This document shows, one piece after another, positions 52,006 to 62,018 of a DNA stretch of 64,000 nt. How positions within the stretch are numbered: position 1 is the stretch's first letter; every line of letters starts with the position of its first letter. Location: positions 7 to 64,006 of the forward strand of contig CALBDW010000092.1 in assembly GCA_937927435.1 (NCBI GenBank), given 5' to 3'. The notes beneath the pieces are model-generated. The model did no database searches and was not told the origin of the DNA. It saw only the letters and a list, made by a program, of their open reading frames with translations. The DNA is from an uncultured Bdellovibrionales bacterium. Lineage in GTDB: Bacteria; Bdellovibrionota; Bdellovibrionia; Bdellovibrionales; JAMPXM01. The translations under genes were made by a program, and so were the position numbers.

Positions 52006-54977
52006 GGAACGCGCGTGGCCTGAAAGTCATTCCTGCTCTACTTGTCGCTGCGATCTCCGTTTCGGCGATCAACGGGCCGGCTCTTGCCGCCGAAAAGATG
52101 AACGCCGAAATTCATGACGTCGTGATCGGCAAGCTTGAACTGGCTCTGCAAAAGGGCCGTGGCGTTGATCTTAAGCCTGTCCGCGCCCGTCTCGCGGACC
52201 TCTACGCCGAGCGCGCACGTTTGCGCGCGATGGAAGAAGCCGAGCGGGACTGCACGAAGTGCACGGGCGCGTTGAGCGACCGGCGGAAAGCGCTAAATCT
52301 CTACAAGGTCGTTTTGAATGAAGCTCCGAAAGAAGAGCGGGGCTCCATCCTCCTGCAAATGGCCCATTTGCACGAATTGAATGGGGATCTGAAGGAAGCG
52401 GAGAAATATTACGACCAAATCGCCACCGAAGGGCCGGCGAAGCACGCGAGAGAAATCGTCACGGAAGGCTTCATCGGGCGGGCGGAAGCGCGCTTTGGCC
52501 GCGGCGAAAATCTGAACGCGCTCAAAGATTTTCAAGAGGCTCTCCGGTACGCGGGCCGCGGCCGCAAAGGCCCGGTGATGCAAAGAGTCGCGTGGTGCCA
52601 TCTCAACTTGGGGAACCAAGAGGCGGCGGTCCGGACTCTGATCAAAATTCTGGAAACGCCCGAACTCCTCGAGAGAGAAACCAGCTCGGGCATCCAATTC
52701 GATCCCACTTTCCAAGACGATGTTCTACGTGATCTTGCGATCTTCCTTGCGCGCGGCGAAGTGGCCCGCAAAGAGGTTGCTCTGCTTGACTCTCTCACGC
52801 CCGACCGCTCGAAACGGGAAGTTTTGAAACAACTGGCGAAAGAGAGTGAACGTTTGGGGCAGAGAAACGCCGCCATCATCGCATGGGATTACGCGCTCAA
52901 ATACGAGGACAATCACGAAGAACGCATCGAAGCAATGGCGCGTTTGGCGCAGATTCGATTCGACTTGGGCGAGAGAGCAACAGCTTTTCAAAGCCTGAGA
53001 GCGGCTCTCGATTTGTGGGCGGCGAAAGGATGCGTGAGTGATAGCTGCCCGCAAATTCAGGCGTCGCTCCGCTCGCTGATTGTCGCTTGGCATCGCCTTG
53101 AAAAGGACAAGCCGAGCGCTCTGCTTCTTGAGTCTTATCTCCTTTATGTCTCGCGTTTCCAGGATGACGCTGAAATGACGTTGTGGGCGGCGGAACTCGC
53201 CCGCCAGCAAAAGAAATACGCTCAGGCTGCAACTCTGTATTACAAAGCGGCTTCGCTCGCCGCCCGTTCGAAAGCAAAAAATGCTTCCCGCCTCTTGAAC
53301 GCCGCTTTGGTCGGCGAAATCGAAATGGCGGAGCTCTCCAAAGACGCGAAAACGCGCGAAGCGGCCTACGACCACTACCTGGAGCTGAACCCGAAGGGCC
53401 CTCTGGCGCTGAAAGTCCGCTATCTGAAAGCGCATGTCGCTTATGAGCGCGGAGATTTCAGGGAGGCTTCTTCCCGGTTCTGGCAATTCGTTTCATCGAA
53501 CTCTTGCCGCGGTAAGCTGAACACCGAAGCGGCGAGGCTATGCACGAAAGCCGCCGACCTCGATCTCGACGCCCTGGTCGGTTTGAAGGATCACGCGGCC
53601 GTGCAAAAACGGGCGACTGAGTATGCTCGTGTCCTTCCCGCCCGCCGCGCCGAGTACTTGAAAATCGCGCGTACGGCGGTCATGAAACAAGCCGAAGCCA
53701 TGGAGCCTCGCGCCGCTCTCACGAAGCTCGCTGAAGGCGATCTTCGCGATGCCGGTACGGACGAACGCGTCCAATTCCTCAAAGTGAGGATTGCGGTCGC
53801 CGAGAAAGCTCAGGATGTCAAAGATGTCCGTAATACGACGGAAAGCCTCTTAAAAATCAAGGGTCTTAAGCCGGTGGATAAGGAGTTCGCTTACGGAAAA
53901 ATCGCGTGGGCGGCCGAAATGACCCTTGATTTCGCAACAGCCTACGAAGTTTCGAAGAAGATGAAACTCGCGGAACTGAAGCCCGAGGCGCGGGCTATGA
54001 AGCTTGCTGTCTTCGCCGAACTCGCAGGGCGAAACCCCACGCCGCACATCCAAGAATTCCTAAAGAAATCGAGGGATCGCTATCAGAATGCCCTGATGCG
54101 GGCGAAACTTGTTCGCTGGTCGAAAACGCCTCTTAAGGAATTCAAGAAGCACGAAGGTAGCCTGAAGCAATATCCCGGCATTTACGCAAGCTTAGGTCTC
54201 GACCTTTACGCCCAAAACGGCGATGTCGCGTTCGCCAAGAAGGTTCTGAAGGTTAGAGGCGTGAAGAACGAGCCGGAAGGCCGCGTTCTGGCTCGAGAGA
54301 TCCTGATTCGTGAACTCAATGAACTCGACACGAAACTCGCCAAACATCGGATTCACACGGGAAGCGACCGCTTGGTGAATAAGACTTTGTCGGAACGCCT
54401 GAAGCTGATCGCGCAGCTCGACGACGCGGCCAACCGCGCGATCGCGTCGCGTGACTGGACTTCACAGATTCTCGCGCTCTCGCTCGTTTCGCGGGAGAAC
54501 CGCAGGCTGTATAATGATCTTCTCCGCTTGCCGGTTCCGGCGTCGCTCAAAGGAGAACAACGCCGCGTTTACGCTCGTACCGTCGAAGCGAACGCGAAGG
54601 GCTATCTTTCGAAAGCCGACCAAGTCGATAAGAAGTTGAACTTGTTGTGGGGCGATGGTGAAGAGCAGAAATCCCTCGTCTCGGACTACCGCTATTCTCG
54701 CCGCGAAATCCGCCCCGTTCTTGGCCGTGAACTTCGCCAGCTCGCCAAAGTCGCGCCGACCGCGATCCGAAAAGAACTCGAAGAAGAAATGCAGGTCGAA
54801 AGCGACTCTCCTTTGGATCGGAAGATCATGGCGGCACGTCGTGAGGCGGAGTCGAATCCGTTTGATCCTCAAACGCTTGAAAAGTTGAAGGAACTTGAAA
54901 TCGTCAAAGGGCGCGAAACGATGGTCGCTTATCTCGACGCGCGCTTGATGAAACTGAAATCGGGGGCGAAGCGATGA
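52002..54977 (+). CDS. 991-aa periplasmic TPR-repeat protein (GltD/GltE-like scaffold)
   Basis: Signal peptide. Repeated A-x-x-Y-Y/L-x-x-A helical-pair motifs throughout. ATGA overlap with the upstream ExbD gene. Confidence 0.65.
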   Translation: MRNARGLKVIPALLVAAISVSAINGPALAAEKMNAEIHDVVIGKLELALQKGRGVDLKPVRARLADLYAERARLRAMEEAERDCTKCTGALSDRRKALNLYKVVLNEAPKEERGSILLQMAHLHELNGDLKEAEKYYDQIATEGPAKHAREIVTEGFIGRAEARFGRGENLNALKDFQEALRYAGRGRKGPVMQRVAWCHLNLGNQEAAVRTLIKILETPELLERETSSGIQFDPTFQDDVLRDLAIFLARGEVARKEVALLDSLTPDRSKREVLKQLAKESERLGQRNAAIIAWDYALKYEDNHEERIEAMARLAQIRFDLGERATAFQSLRAALDLWAAKGCVSDSCPQIQASLRSLIVAWHRLEKDKPSALLLESYLLYVSRFQDDAEMTLWAAELARQQKKYAQAATLYYKAASLAARSKAKNASRLLNAALVGEIEMAELSKDAKTREAAYDHYLELNPKGPLALKVRYLKAHVAYERGDFREASSRFWQFVSSNSCRGKLNTEAARLCTKAADLDLDALVGLKDHAAVQKRATEYARVLPARRAEYLKIARTAVMKQAEAMEPRAALTKLAEGDLRDAGTDERVQFLKVRIAVAEKAQDVKDVRNTTESLLKIKGLKPVDKEFAYGKIAWAAEMTLDFATAYEVSKKMKLAELKPEARAMKLAVFAELAGRNPTPHIQEFLKKSRDRYQNALMRAKLVRWSKTPLKEFKKHEGSLKQYPGIYASLGLDLYAQNGDVAFAKKVLKVRGVKNEPEGRVLAREILIRELNELDTKLAKHRIHTGSDRLVNKTLSERLKLIAQLDDAANRAIASRDWTSQILALSLVSRENRRLYNDLLRLPVPASLKGEQRRVYARTVEANAKGYLSKADQVDKKLNLLWGDGEEQKSLVSDYRYSRREIRPVLGRELRQLAKVAPTAIRKELEEEMQVESDSPLDRKIMAARREAESNPFDPQTLEKLKELEIVKGRETMVAYLDARLMKLKSGAKR

Positions 54978-55351
54978 AAAGCGTGATTGGCAAATCGATT
55001 TTCGTCTTGGTCGCGGGCGCTCTCGTCCTTTCGTTTTCTCCGGGGGCCGCGGAAGGCGCAAAGAAAGCGAAGAAAGTTTCGGCTGTCCAAACCGCGCCGA
55101 AAAAGAAGACGGGTCAAGGGGCAGGCCGCGGCAAGGCGCTCAAGGCTCAGAGCGGTCGCAAGTTGAGTCGTGAGTTTGTGTTTGACGGCACGGACGTGAA
55201 CGGCCGTTACCACCTCTCAACTGGTGCCGTCGCGAAAGTCGAGCAGGAAAAGAAAATGATTTCTCTCATCGGCTTGCCGGGAGACTTCAAGGACCGTCTG
55301 GCTGAGGAAAATGAACGCTTAAAACGAACCGCGGTCGGCATGGGCCGGTAA
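54974..55351 (+). CDS. small secreted Lys-rich protein
   Basis: Signal peptide MKSVIGKSIFVLVAGALVLSFSPGAAEG. 125 aa. Translationally coupled to the TPR gene (ATGA overlap). Confidence 0.5.
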   Translation: MKSVIGKSIFVLVAGALVLSFSPGAAEGAKKAKKVSAVQTAPKKKTGQGAGRGKALKAQSGRKLSREFVFDGTDVNGRYHLSTGAVAKVEQEKKMISLIGLPGDFKDRLAEENERLKRTAVGMGR

Positions 55352-55366
55352 AGAGGGTGCGTTTTT

Positions 55367-56863
55367 ATGAAAACGAGGCAAGAACAGATCGTCAATCGAG
55401 CGAGAATGAAATTGAATAATGAAGGTTCATTCGTTCTCGAAAACGCGAGCGGCGAAGCGGTTCGCACGTTCCGTTGGGAATCGCCGTCGATCGTGATCGT
55501 TTATCGCCGAGACAACCGTCGGGTCGAGACTGTCTCCTCGACGGACGAACTGGTGAGAAAGGGAATCCCGTTCGAAGTTCTTGTGAAAACCACGAAAGCG
55601 GCTCTCAAGAATAAACCTGTACGGATCGGAGAGCGTGGCGTTTTGCGCTGGAAGGACGACGTCGGGACGTTGGCGCCCGAATACGAGCTCGAGGCCGATG
55701 TTTCACTGGAGCCGAAGAAAGTTCTCGGTTGGTCCGTCGGCATTCAAGCTGCGATGGCTCTGGTTTTCATCATCGCGGGCTTCTTTACGGGCTCGAATCT
55801 CGAATCGAAGCCCGAGGTGACGGTTACCGTTCTTCCGCAAGAGGTCGTCGAAAAAATTCTCGAGCAAAAAGACCATGTCCCGGCCGTGACTCCGCCCAAT
55901 GAGGTTCGTCGGCAGGCGATGAAAGAAACGGTCGTAGCTCCTCGTTCTAGCCGCACGCGCAATCAAGTCCCGCTTCAGACTGCACAGCCGAAAAAAGGCA
56001 CTGGCTCAAAAGTCGCCGCGAACAAAGCTCCCCGGGGTGGGGGATATAAGGGTGAAGGGCCGCGCGGGTACGGAACCAACGAGCCTTATATGAACCAAAT
56101 TGGTGCGTTGAGCGTCTTGAACAGTGCCAAGCGCGTGAGGGGCGGTAACGGCGGTAGCGGTGGTCTTAACTTGCAGGCCGTCGGAACCGCTCCCGGCTCG
56201 GGTGCGGGAGGAAAAGGTTTCGGCGGATTCGGCGCCAACGGTGGCGGAGGCCGCGGTAAAGGTGGTCTCGGTCGTGGAACTGGCTCGGGTCTTGCAAACT
56301 CGATGTACGGAAAGGGTTTGATTGCCGCTCCCTTTGGGGACGGTTCGCCGGCTCCGGGATCGGGTGGATACGGAACGCGCGGAAAAGCCGGCGGGGGTGC
56401 TCAAGGTGCGGGTTATGGTACGGAAACCATCGTTGGTTCCTGGAAAGGAACGGGCCCGAAAGGTATTGGGCCGGCTGGTTCCGGTGTTGGCAACGGAGAT
56501 CCGTTCGGATCACCGTGGGGCGCGAGCGACGGTTTCGATGGAGAAGCCCTTATTTCGGGCGGACTTGATGAAGAACAGATCAAGCAGGTCATCAACCGCA
56601 ACATCGGGCAGATCCAGTACTGTTATGAACTCGGCTTGCAAAAGCAGCCTCATTTGACCGGCCGAGTGACGGTACGGTTCCAGATCGGCGGAAACGGTCG
56701 GGTCAAGTCGGCCGGCTTGCGAGCTTCGACTGTGAGCTCGTCTCAAGTCGAAAACTGCATCGTATCGAAAGTAAAGAACTGGAAGTTTCCGAAACCTGAA
56801 GGCGGCGTGACGGTCGCTGTCGTTTATCCGTTCAACCTCAAGCGGACGGTTGGAATGCGGTAA
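55367..56863 (+). CDS. AgmX/PglI C-terminal-domain (TonB-C-like) protein, GltG/GltJ-like
   Basis: Cytoplasmic N-domain, one TM segment (VGIQAAMALVFIIAGFF), a long Gly-rich linker, and a C-terminus GGLDEEQIKQVINRNIGQIQYCYELGLQKQPHLTGRVTVRFQIGGNGRV...CIVSKVKNWKFPKPEGG. Confidence 0.7.
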   Translation: MKTRQEQIVNRARMKLNNEGSFVLENASGEAVRTFRWESPSIVIVYRRDNRRVETVSSTDELVRKGIPFEVLVKTTKAALKNKPVRIGERGVLRWKDDVGTLAPEYELEADVSLEPKKVLGWSVGIQAAMALVFIIAGFFTGSNLESKPEVTVTVLPQEVVEKILEQKDHVPAVTPPNEVRRQAMKETVVAPRSSRTRNQVPLQTAQPKKGTGSKVAANKAPRGGGYKGEGPRGYGTNEPYMNQIGALSVLNSAKRVRGGNGGSGGLNLQAVGTAPGSGAGGKGFGGFGANGGGGRGKGGLGRGTGSGLANSMYGKGLIAAPFGDGSPAPGSGGYGTRGKAGGGAQGAGYGTETIVGSWKGTGPKGIGPAGSGVGNGDPFGSPWGASDGFDGEALISGGLDEEQIKQVINRNIGQIQYCYELGLQKQPHLTGRVTVRFQIGGNGRVKSAGLRASTVSSSQVENCIVSKVKNWKFPKPEGGVTVAVVYPFNLKRTVGMR

Positions 56864-56878
56864 GCGGAGGATGAGACG

Positions 56879-57922
56879 ATGAAAAAACAATTTTTCGCTA
56901 AAACCAAAACACAAATGAGCGGGCTGGCAGTAACCTCCGTTCTGGCGCTCGTGGTTCTTTCCGCTTGTGGTGAGCTCGGAACGATGGACAGTCCGACGAA
57001 AGAATACCGCGATCTCGGACCGGCCGTTCCGAAAGCCGAGCTTCCGCCGCCGACACCGACTCCGGAGCCGTACATCGAGCCGACGACGCAAACGAACCAA
57101 GTCGTTTTCCCTCGTCCTCTGATCGTTGAGCTCGATGCGGATAACAAGGAAATCGAAGTCACACCCCGCTTTTACGAGGGCGAGTACCGCGAATACTTGG
57201 TCAAGACGCAAGTCTTCGCTCCGGACGTCACGTATCGCGTGGAGCTGGAGGGCTGGAAAACCGGCACTACCGACCGTGTGACGTTCAAGCCGCTGAGCGA
57301 CCCCCAACGTCCCGGCTATTACGTCTTGGGCTGGAAACCGGCCGTCGGCACTCTCGCTCGGGAAACCTCTGAGAAAGACCTCCGATTCCGTCTGAAGTTC
57401 GTCATCACGAACAAAAATAAAGCGAATCTTCCCCAATTCATTCGGGTCGCCGATGGAGTCACGTTCGGGTTCACGGCGATCGTTTCTCGTAACACGCAAG
57501 CGCCGAGAATCGTGCAAATCAAGCTTGAATCCGACGTCATGCAGATCGGCGACCGGAACCTTATCACCGTCGCTGTGACTGACCCCAGCGCGACCGAGAA
57601 GATCGCTCCGGAAATCTTCATTTCCGACGAGATGGGCGAATCCTCGGAAAAACAAATCGTGAAACTGGCGAAATACATCGACTTGAAAGAGCGCGAGTTT
57701 AAAGCGGGAGCCCTCAAGCAAGAAGAGGGGACGACCGCCGGTGTTTATTACTTCCGCTTGATGCTCGATACGGAGCCGCTTCTTGCGAGGGCGGCGGCGT
57801 TGAAGAACGAAAACGAAGGCCGTTTCGTTGTCCGGGTCCTCGGTGCGACAAGCGGTAAAATGACGGCGGCTACGAAGAGCGTGAAGTTGATCAAGAAGGC
57901 CGCGGAGGAAACGAAGCCATGA
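56879..57922 (+). CDS. lipoprotein of the gliding-type cluster
   Basis: Lipobox VLSAC. 347 aa. No recognisable family. Confidence 0.5.
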   Translation: MKKQFFAKTKTQMSGLAVTSVLALVVLSACGELGTMDSPTKEYRDLGPAVPKAELPPPTPTPEPYIEPTTQTNQVVFPRPLIVELDADNKEIEVTPRFYEGEYREYLVKTQVFAPDVTYRVELEGWKTGTTDRVTFKPLSDPQRPGYYVLGWKPAVGTLARETSEKDLRFRLKFVITNKNKANLPQFIRVADGVTFGFTAIVSRNTQAPRIVQIKLESDVMQIGDRNLITVAVTDPSATEKIAPEIFISDEMGESSEKQIVKLAKYIDLKEREFKAGALKQEEGTTAGVYYFRLMLDTEPLLARAAALKNENEGRFVVRVLGATSGKMTAATKSVKLIKKAAEETKP

Positions 57923-58659
57923 AACGCATGAAAGTGCACGCGTCGGTTTTAATCGCGACATTCTTACTGGCGCCATTAAGCGCCTTGGCTGCAGTTAGCG
58001 GTGAACTTGAGAGCCTGGGTTCGAACCGTGATGTCCTCCAACGTGCTTACGCCCTCGAAAATCGGACGCGGATCGGGATCGTGCAGGGCCGTGCCGTCGA
58101 CCGCAACAACCGGTTCGAACTTGGAGGAAGCTTCGGGCCGTCGGTCTTCGGCGATCCCTACGTTTCGACACAAAATCTGGCCGTCCGCGCGGACTTCCAC
58201 ATTAATCCGCAGTGGTCGTTGGGCGTTCAGTATGCGCGTAATCTCAACGCTTTGACGGCTGAAGGCAAGCGGCGCTTTGATCAAGCGCGGCTCGACCAAC
58301 AGCTGACGGGGACTTATTCGATTCCGCAAGTGACATACCCTCAGGAGTCGATCCTCGGCTTCGTGAACTGGTACATGCTCTATGGAAAAATGAATTTGTT
58401 CGATTGGCGGGTGGTTCAATTCGATTTCTACGCGCTTGCCGGTTTCGGGCAAATCAATCTCGCGACCGATATTCGTGGTACGACGTTGACTGAGTGGACA
58501 AACCTGTGGACCGGTGGTCTAGGCGTCGGCTTCTGGCTTTCGCAGAACCTCGCTTCGCGTATTGAAGTTCGCTATCAAGGATACGAAGACAGCGTCCACA
58601 CGGGAACCCGAAACATCAATCAAGCGGTCGCGACGTTCGGTCTCGGAGTTCTGTTATGA
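57919..58659 (+). CDS. outer-membrane beta-barrel protein (GltA/GltB-like)
   Basis: Signal peptide ..APLSALA. Alternating-strand pattern ending ..VATFGLGVLL. ATGA overlap with the upstream gene. Confidence 0.6.
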   Translation: MKRMKVHASVLIATFLLAPLSALAAVSGELESLGSNRDVLQRAYALENRTRIGIVQGRAVDRNNRFELGGSFGPSVFGDPYVSTQNLAVRADFHINPQWSLGVQYARNLNALTAEGKRRFDQARLDQQLTGTYSIPQVTYPQESILGFVNWYMLYGKMNLFDWRVVQFDFYALAGFGQINLATDIRGTTLTEWTNLWTGGLGVGFWLSQNLASRIEVRYQGYEDSVHTGTRNINQAVATFGLGVLL

Positions 58660-59495
58660 AACCTTTCGCGATTGCGGCCGTCACTTTCATTTTTACAATG
58701 AACGCGTGGGCCGCTCCGAAGGCTGGTCCCGTCGCAACAGGCGCGCGGTTGAATGAAGCGCGCGAGCACCAGCGCGCTTTGGAGTTGGCGATTGCAGGCA
58801 AAGAAAACGAGGCGCTGAAAATCCTCAACAGCTTGGCCCAGAATGTGAGGATGAATCCCGAAGAGAAAGATCGGGTTTATCTCTCCATCGGGCGCGTCCA
58901 GTACCAGCTCGGAAAACTGAACGCGGCTTTGGACGCATATGGAAAAGTGCGTGCCGGCAGTCCGTCATGGTTGGAAGCTCTCCAAGAACGGGCGGTCGTG
59001 ATGCTTCGCCAAGGGCGCCCGGAAGACGCCCTCGCGACGTTGAAAACAGTGGTTTCGCCCCTTTATGAGGACCAAATCCGATCGGAAGCATTTTTCCTCA
59101 TGGCGTTCGCGCAGATGCGGATTTGCGATTATAAGTCGGTATTTACGACGCTCGAGCTTTTTAAGGACCGCTACCGGGAAAAAGTGAAAGCTTGGGAAGC
59201 GGCTGAAGCGACGGACTTCGTCGCGCGTCGCAAGCTGAGCGAAGTGAAGGAAACGATCCAGAAACTGAACCTTGTTGAGGCGGAAACGATCCAACATCTT
59301 TTTGTCAGCGAAGGCGGAAAACGCCTGGCTGGATCGCCGCCGCCGATTCAGAAAAGCGCGGACCAGCTGACGTTCCCGACCAATGATGAAATCGACGCGA
59401 AGGAAGTTTGGCTCGATGAGGTGGACGCGTTCCGCGTGACCGCGAAGGGTTGTCCGACGAGAACCGAGGCCGTCCCGGTAGCTCGTAAGGAGTGA
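58656..59495 (+). CDS. secreted TPR protein (GltC-like)
   Basis: Signal peptide MKPFAIAAVTFIFTMNAWA. TPR-like helices (ALELAIAGKENEALKILNSL, GKLNAALDAYGKV, GRPEDALATLKTV). Confidence 0.55.
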   Translation: MKPFAIAAVTFIFTMNAWAAPKAGPVATGARLNEAREHQRALELAIAGKENEALKILNSLAQNVRMNPEEKDRVYLSIGRVQYQLGKLNAALDAYGKVRAGSPSWLEALQERAVVMLRQGRPEDALATLKTVVSPLYEDQIRSEAFFLMAFAQMRICDYKSVFTTLELFKDRYREKVKAWEAAEATDFVARRKLSEVKETIQKLNLVEAETIQHLFVSEGGKRLAGSPPPIQKSADQLTFPTNDEIDAKEVWLDEVDAFRVTAKGCPTRTEAVPVARKE

Positions 59496-59499
59496 GTAG

Positions 59500-60753
59500 A
59501 TGAAAGCGATGAAACCGAAAAACGTCCTGATGGGTGCTTTAGTCGCGGCTTTGTTGTCGGCTTGCGCGCCGCCTACGAGTCCCGAACTCGTAAAGTTGCC
59601 GCCCCCACCCGCGCCGACACCGAAGCCCTACATGGGGCCGGAGAAGGTGACGGCTGTCAAGGAGTTTGACCAAGAGATTCAGCTCGCCCCGAAGGTTGAC
59701 ATTCTTTTCGTTATGGACACGTCGGAGTCCATGAAGCCCCATATCGAACGCCTTCACGCGAACGTCGACCAGTTCATTTCGGCATTCCGTCGTCGCCACG
59801 ACATCGATTTTCATATCGGGGTAGTGACTGTTTGGGACGACGAAGAGCGCTTCACGTCGCGCGCAACGTGGCCACTCGGTAAGCTTCGCCCCCTTAAGGA
59901 TTTAAAACGCCCGTCCTATGAATTTCCTGGATACCAGTACGTGAGCCGCGTCGGCGATTGGGCCCGCGTGCTCGCGGGAACTCTGAAGGTTGATTACCAT
60001 CCGCGGTATATTCGCGACAAAAACGGGCGGATTCTCGGTGACGGCGGAGGCCCTGAAGTAGAAAACCTTTTCTCTCCCGTATTGGAAGCGGTCACCGGTT
60101 ATCAAAAGAACGAAAACAAGGAACCGATTTTAGGGGCTGACGGGAAGCCGTTGCCGCTTAACGGGGACTTCATCCGCCCCGATGCGCACCTCGCGGTCAT
60201 CTTCGTGACCGACGCCGATGATACGAGCGATATCCACCCGCGCACGCTTGAAGAGCGGTTGAGCTGGGTCAAGGGGAACAAGCCGGAGCAGGTTTCCGGT
60301 TACGGTGTTCTCGCTTTGAACTGTGGCACGAATGTCGACCCGGGGCTGAAAGAAAAAGATCCTGCGACCGGAAAAATGATCGTGCGACAACCTGTGAAAA
60401 TCCTCGAGTTCATCGAGCGAACTCAAGGCATGGCGATGAATCTTTGCGAAAAGTCGGGGTATGGGAGGAAGCTTGCGGAGATCGGCGATCTCATTGAAGG
60501 TAAGACGACCCGTCTTGTGACGATTCCTTTGGATCTTCCGCCGCAACCAAGTTCTCTCGTTGTGACCTACAACGGCACACCTCTTTCTTACGGCGAGGGA
60601 GGAGCTTGGTCTTACAACGCGGAGACCAATGAGGTTCAAATTCGTGCGAATCATCCCGAAGTGGCGCGCTCGCCGGGCGGCCAAATCAATGTGAAGTACA
60701 TGGCCGTTGATATGGAGCTTCTTAAAGAAGGAAAGGTTCGCCAGGCCGATTAA
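59500..60753 (+). CDS. lipoprotein with von Willebrand factor A-like (MIDAS) domain
   Basis: Lipobox LLSAC. VDILFVMDTSESM (DxSxS MIDAS). VIFVTDADD. Confidence 0.6.
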   Translation: MKAMKPKNVLMGALVAALLSACAPPTSPELVKLPPPPAPTPKPYMGPEKVTAVKEFDQEIQLAPKVDILFVMDTSESMKPHIERLHANVDQFISAFRRRHDIDFHIGVVTVWDDEERFTSRATWPLGKLRPLKDLKRPSYEFPGYQYVSRVGDWARVLAGTLKVDYHPRYIRDKNGRILGDGGGPEVENLFSPVLEAVTGYQKNENKEPILGADGKPLPLNGDFIRPDAHLAVIFVTDADDTSDIHPRTLEERLSWVKGNKPEQVSGYGVLALNCGTNVDPGLKEKDPATGKMIVRQPVKILEFIERTQGMAMNLCEKSGYGRKLAEIGDLIEGKTTRLVTIPLDLPPQPSSLVVTYNGTPLSYGEGGAWSYNAETNEVQIRANHPEVARSPGGQINVKYMAVDMELLKEGKVRQAD

Positions 60754-61997
60754 AACTTGAATCGGCCTTCAATCCCGAAAAAAGGGAACGACTGAAACAG
60801 CGGCTCTTTACTGCGCGAAGTCTGGGCCGGCGGTCTTGCAAAGCTGTCGGCCAGAATCTTGTTCGAAAAGAAGGCGCCTAAGCAGTCTTCGCGTTCCTGG
60901 GCTGGGCAGAAGTCGATGCCATGCCTGAAGAAATAATATTCGATCCGGCCAAAACTGCGGTACGCGAATTGCCCGGTCTCATTTAAGGAACTCAGGCGCC
61001 ATCTCGGCGAGATCCGCCAGAAGAGATTGAAATGAACGGCGCCCACGTCCGCATCGTCGTCGACGACAAAGACGTTTAACGCGTCCGTATAACTCTTATC
61101 CAATTGATCGTACGAAACGTACTGCTGCTCGATGAAGCGTGTGAAGGAACCGCCGATTCCGGAATTATAACGGCGGCCTTCGATTTTAACATCCGCTTTC
61201 CAAGGGCCGATTTCTTTTTCGGCTTTGAGCGCGAGAAGTGCGGCCGAGATGCCGTCTCGGCTGCCGTATTCGGCTCCATACGAGAACCAATCGAACCGGG
61301 CGCGAGAAAAAAGATACCAATACGGCCCGCGAGTACCGGGAGAGTTATCAAAGCCGATTTCGTGCGACCAGAAAACGACGCCCAGGCCCGCAAGCCCATT
61401 GAAGAGCCAGGATTCGACGTTGAATGTATCGCCTTGCGCTTTCAAAACTCCGGTTCCGTCAGCGCGGAAGAGAAGGCCCTCACGTTCTGTGCTCCAACGG
61501 AGGTAGGCTCCGTTCATTTCTTTGTTTTGGACGAAAAGACCTTCGCCAACGGTTTGCCGGTCTAGGTCGCCGGCCCGCAAGAAAAGCTTTGCGCCAAAAA
61601 CTTCTTCAGGGGGCTCGAATGTAAACGCGAAGAGGTGATAAGAGCCGCTAGGTTCGGCGTAACCGCCGTTGACGGATCCTGCGTAAAAAATGGATCGCAG
61701 GTTCCCTTTGAACCATTCGGAAATCCGGGCCTCCGAGCGGGCTTGGAGCCAATATCCGAAACCGTGATAGAAATCGACGCCCGCGGTGTCGCGGAAATAG
61801 GCGTCGCCGTCGACTGCGAAGGCGAAGTGTTCGGTTAATGGTATGAGCCGGTTTGGGTCGGATTCGAGCTCTTCGCGAAGATTTGCGTTTAATTTCGCGG
61901 ACGGATATTGGCCATGGCTTTTTTCCGTAAAGAAAAAGCCTACAGAGAGGACAATCGTGGCAAGAAGAAAGCCGTAACGATGCGAACGCAAACGCAT
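60750..61997 (-). CDS. large outer-membrane beta-barrel-like protein
   Basis: Signal-like N-terminus. Aromatic-rich alternating strands. Ends ..FGIEGRFKF (C-terminal Phe). Convergent with the cluster, with a 4-nt overlap. Confidence 0.5.
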   Translation of the reverse strand: MRLRSHRYGFLLATIVLSVGFFFTEKSHGQYPSAKLNANLREELESDPNRLIPLTEHFAFAVDGDAYFRDTAGVDFYHGFGYWLQARSEARISEWFKGNLRSIFYAGSVNGGYAEPSGSYHLFAFTFEPPEEVFGAKLFLRAGDLDRQTVGEGLFVQNKEMNGAYLRWSTEREGLLFRADGTGVLKAQGDTFNVESWLFNGLAGLGVVFWSHEIGFDNSPGTRGPYWYLFSRARFDWFSYGAEYGSRDGISAALLALKAEKEIGPWKADVKIEGRRYNSGIGGSFTRFIEQQYVSYDQLDKSYTDALNVFVVDDDADVGAVHFNLFWRISPRWRLSSLNETGQFAYRSFGRIEYYFFRHGIDFCPAQEREDCLGAFFSNKILADSFARPPAQTSRSKEPLFQSFPFFGIEGRFKF

Positions 61998-62018
61998 GCG
62001 AAATTTTATAAACGCTTT

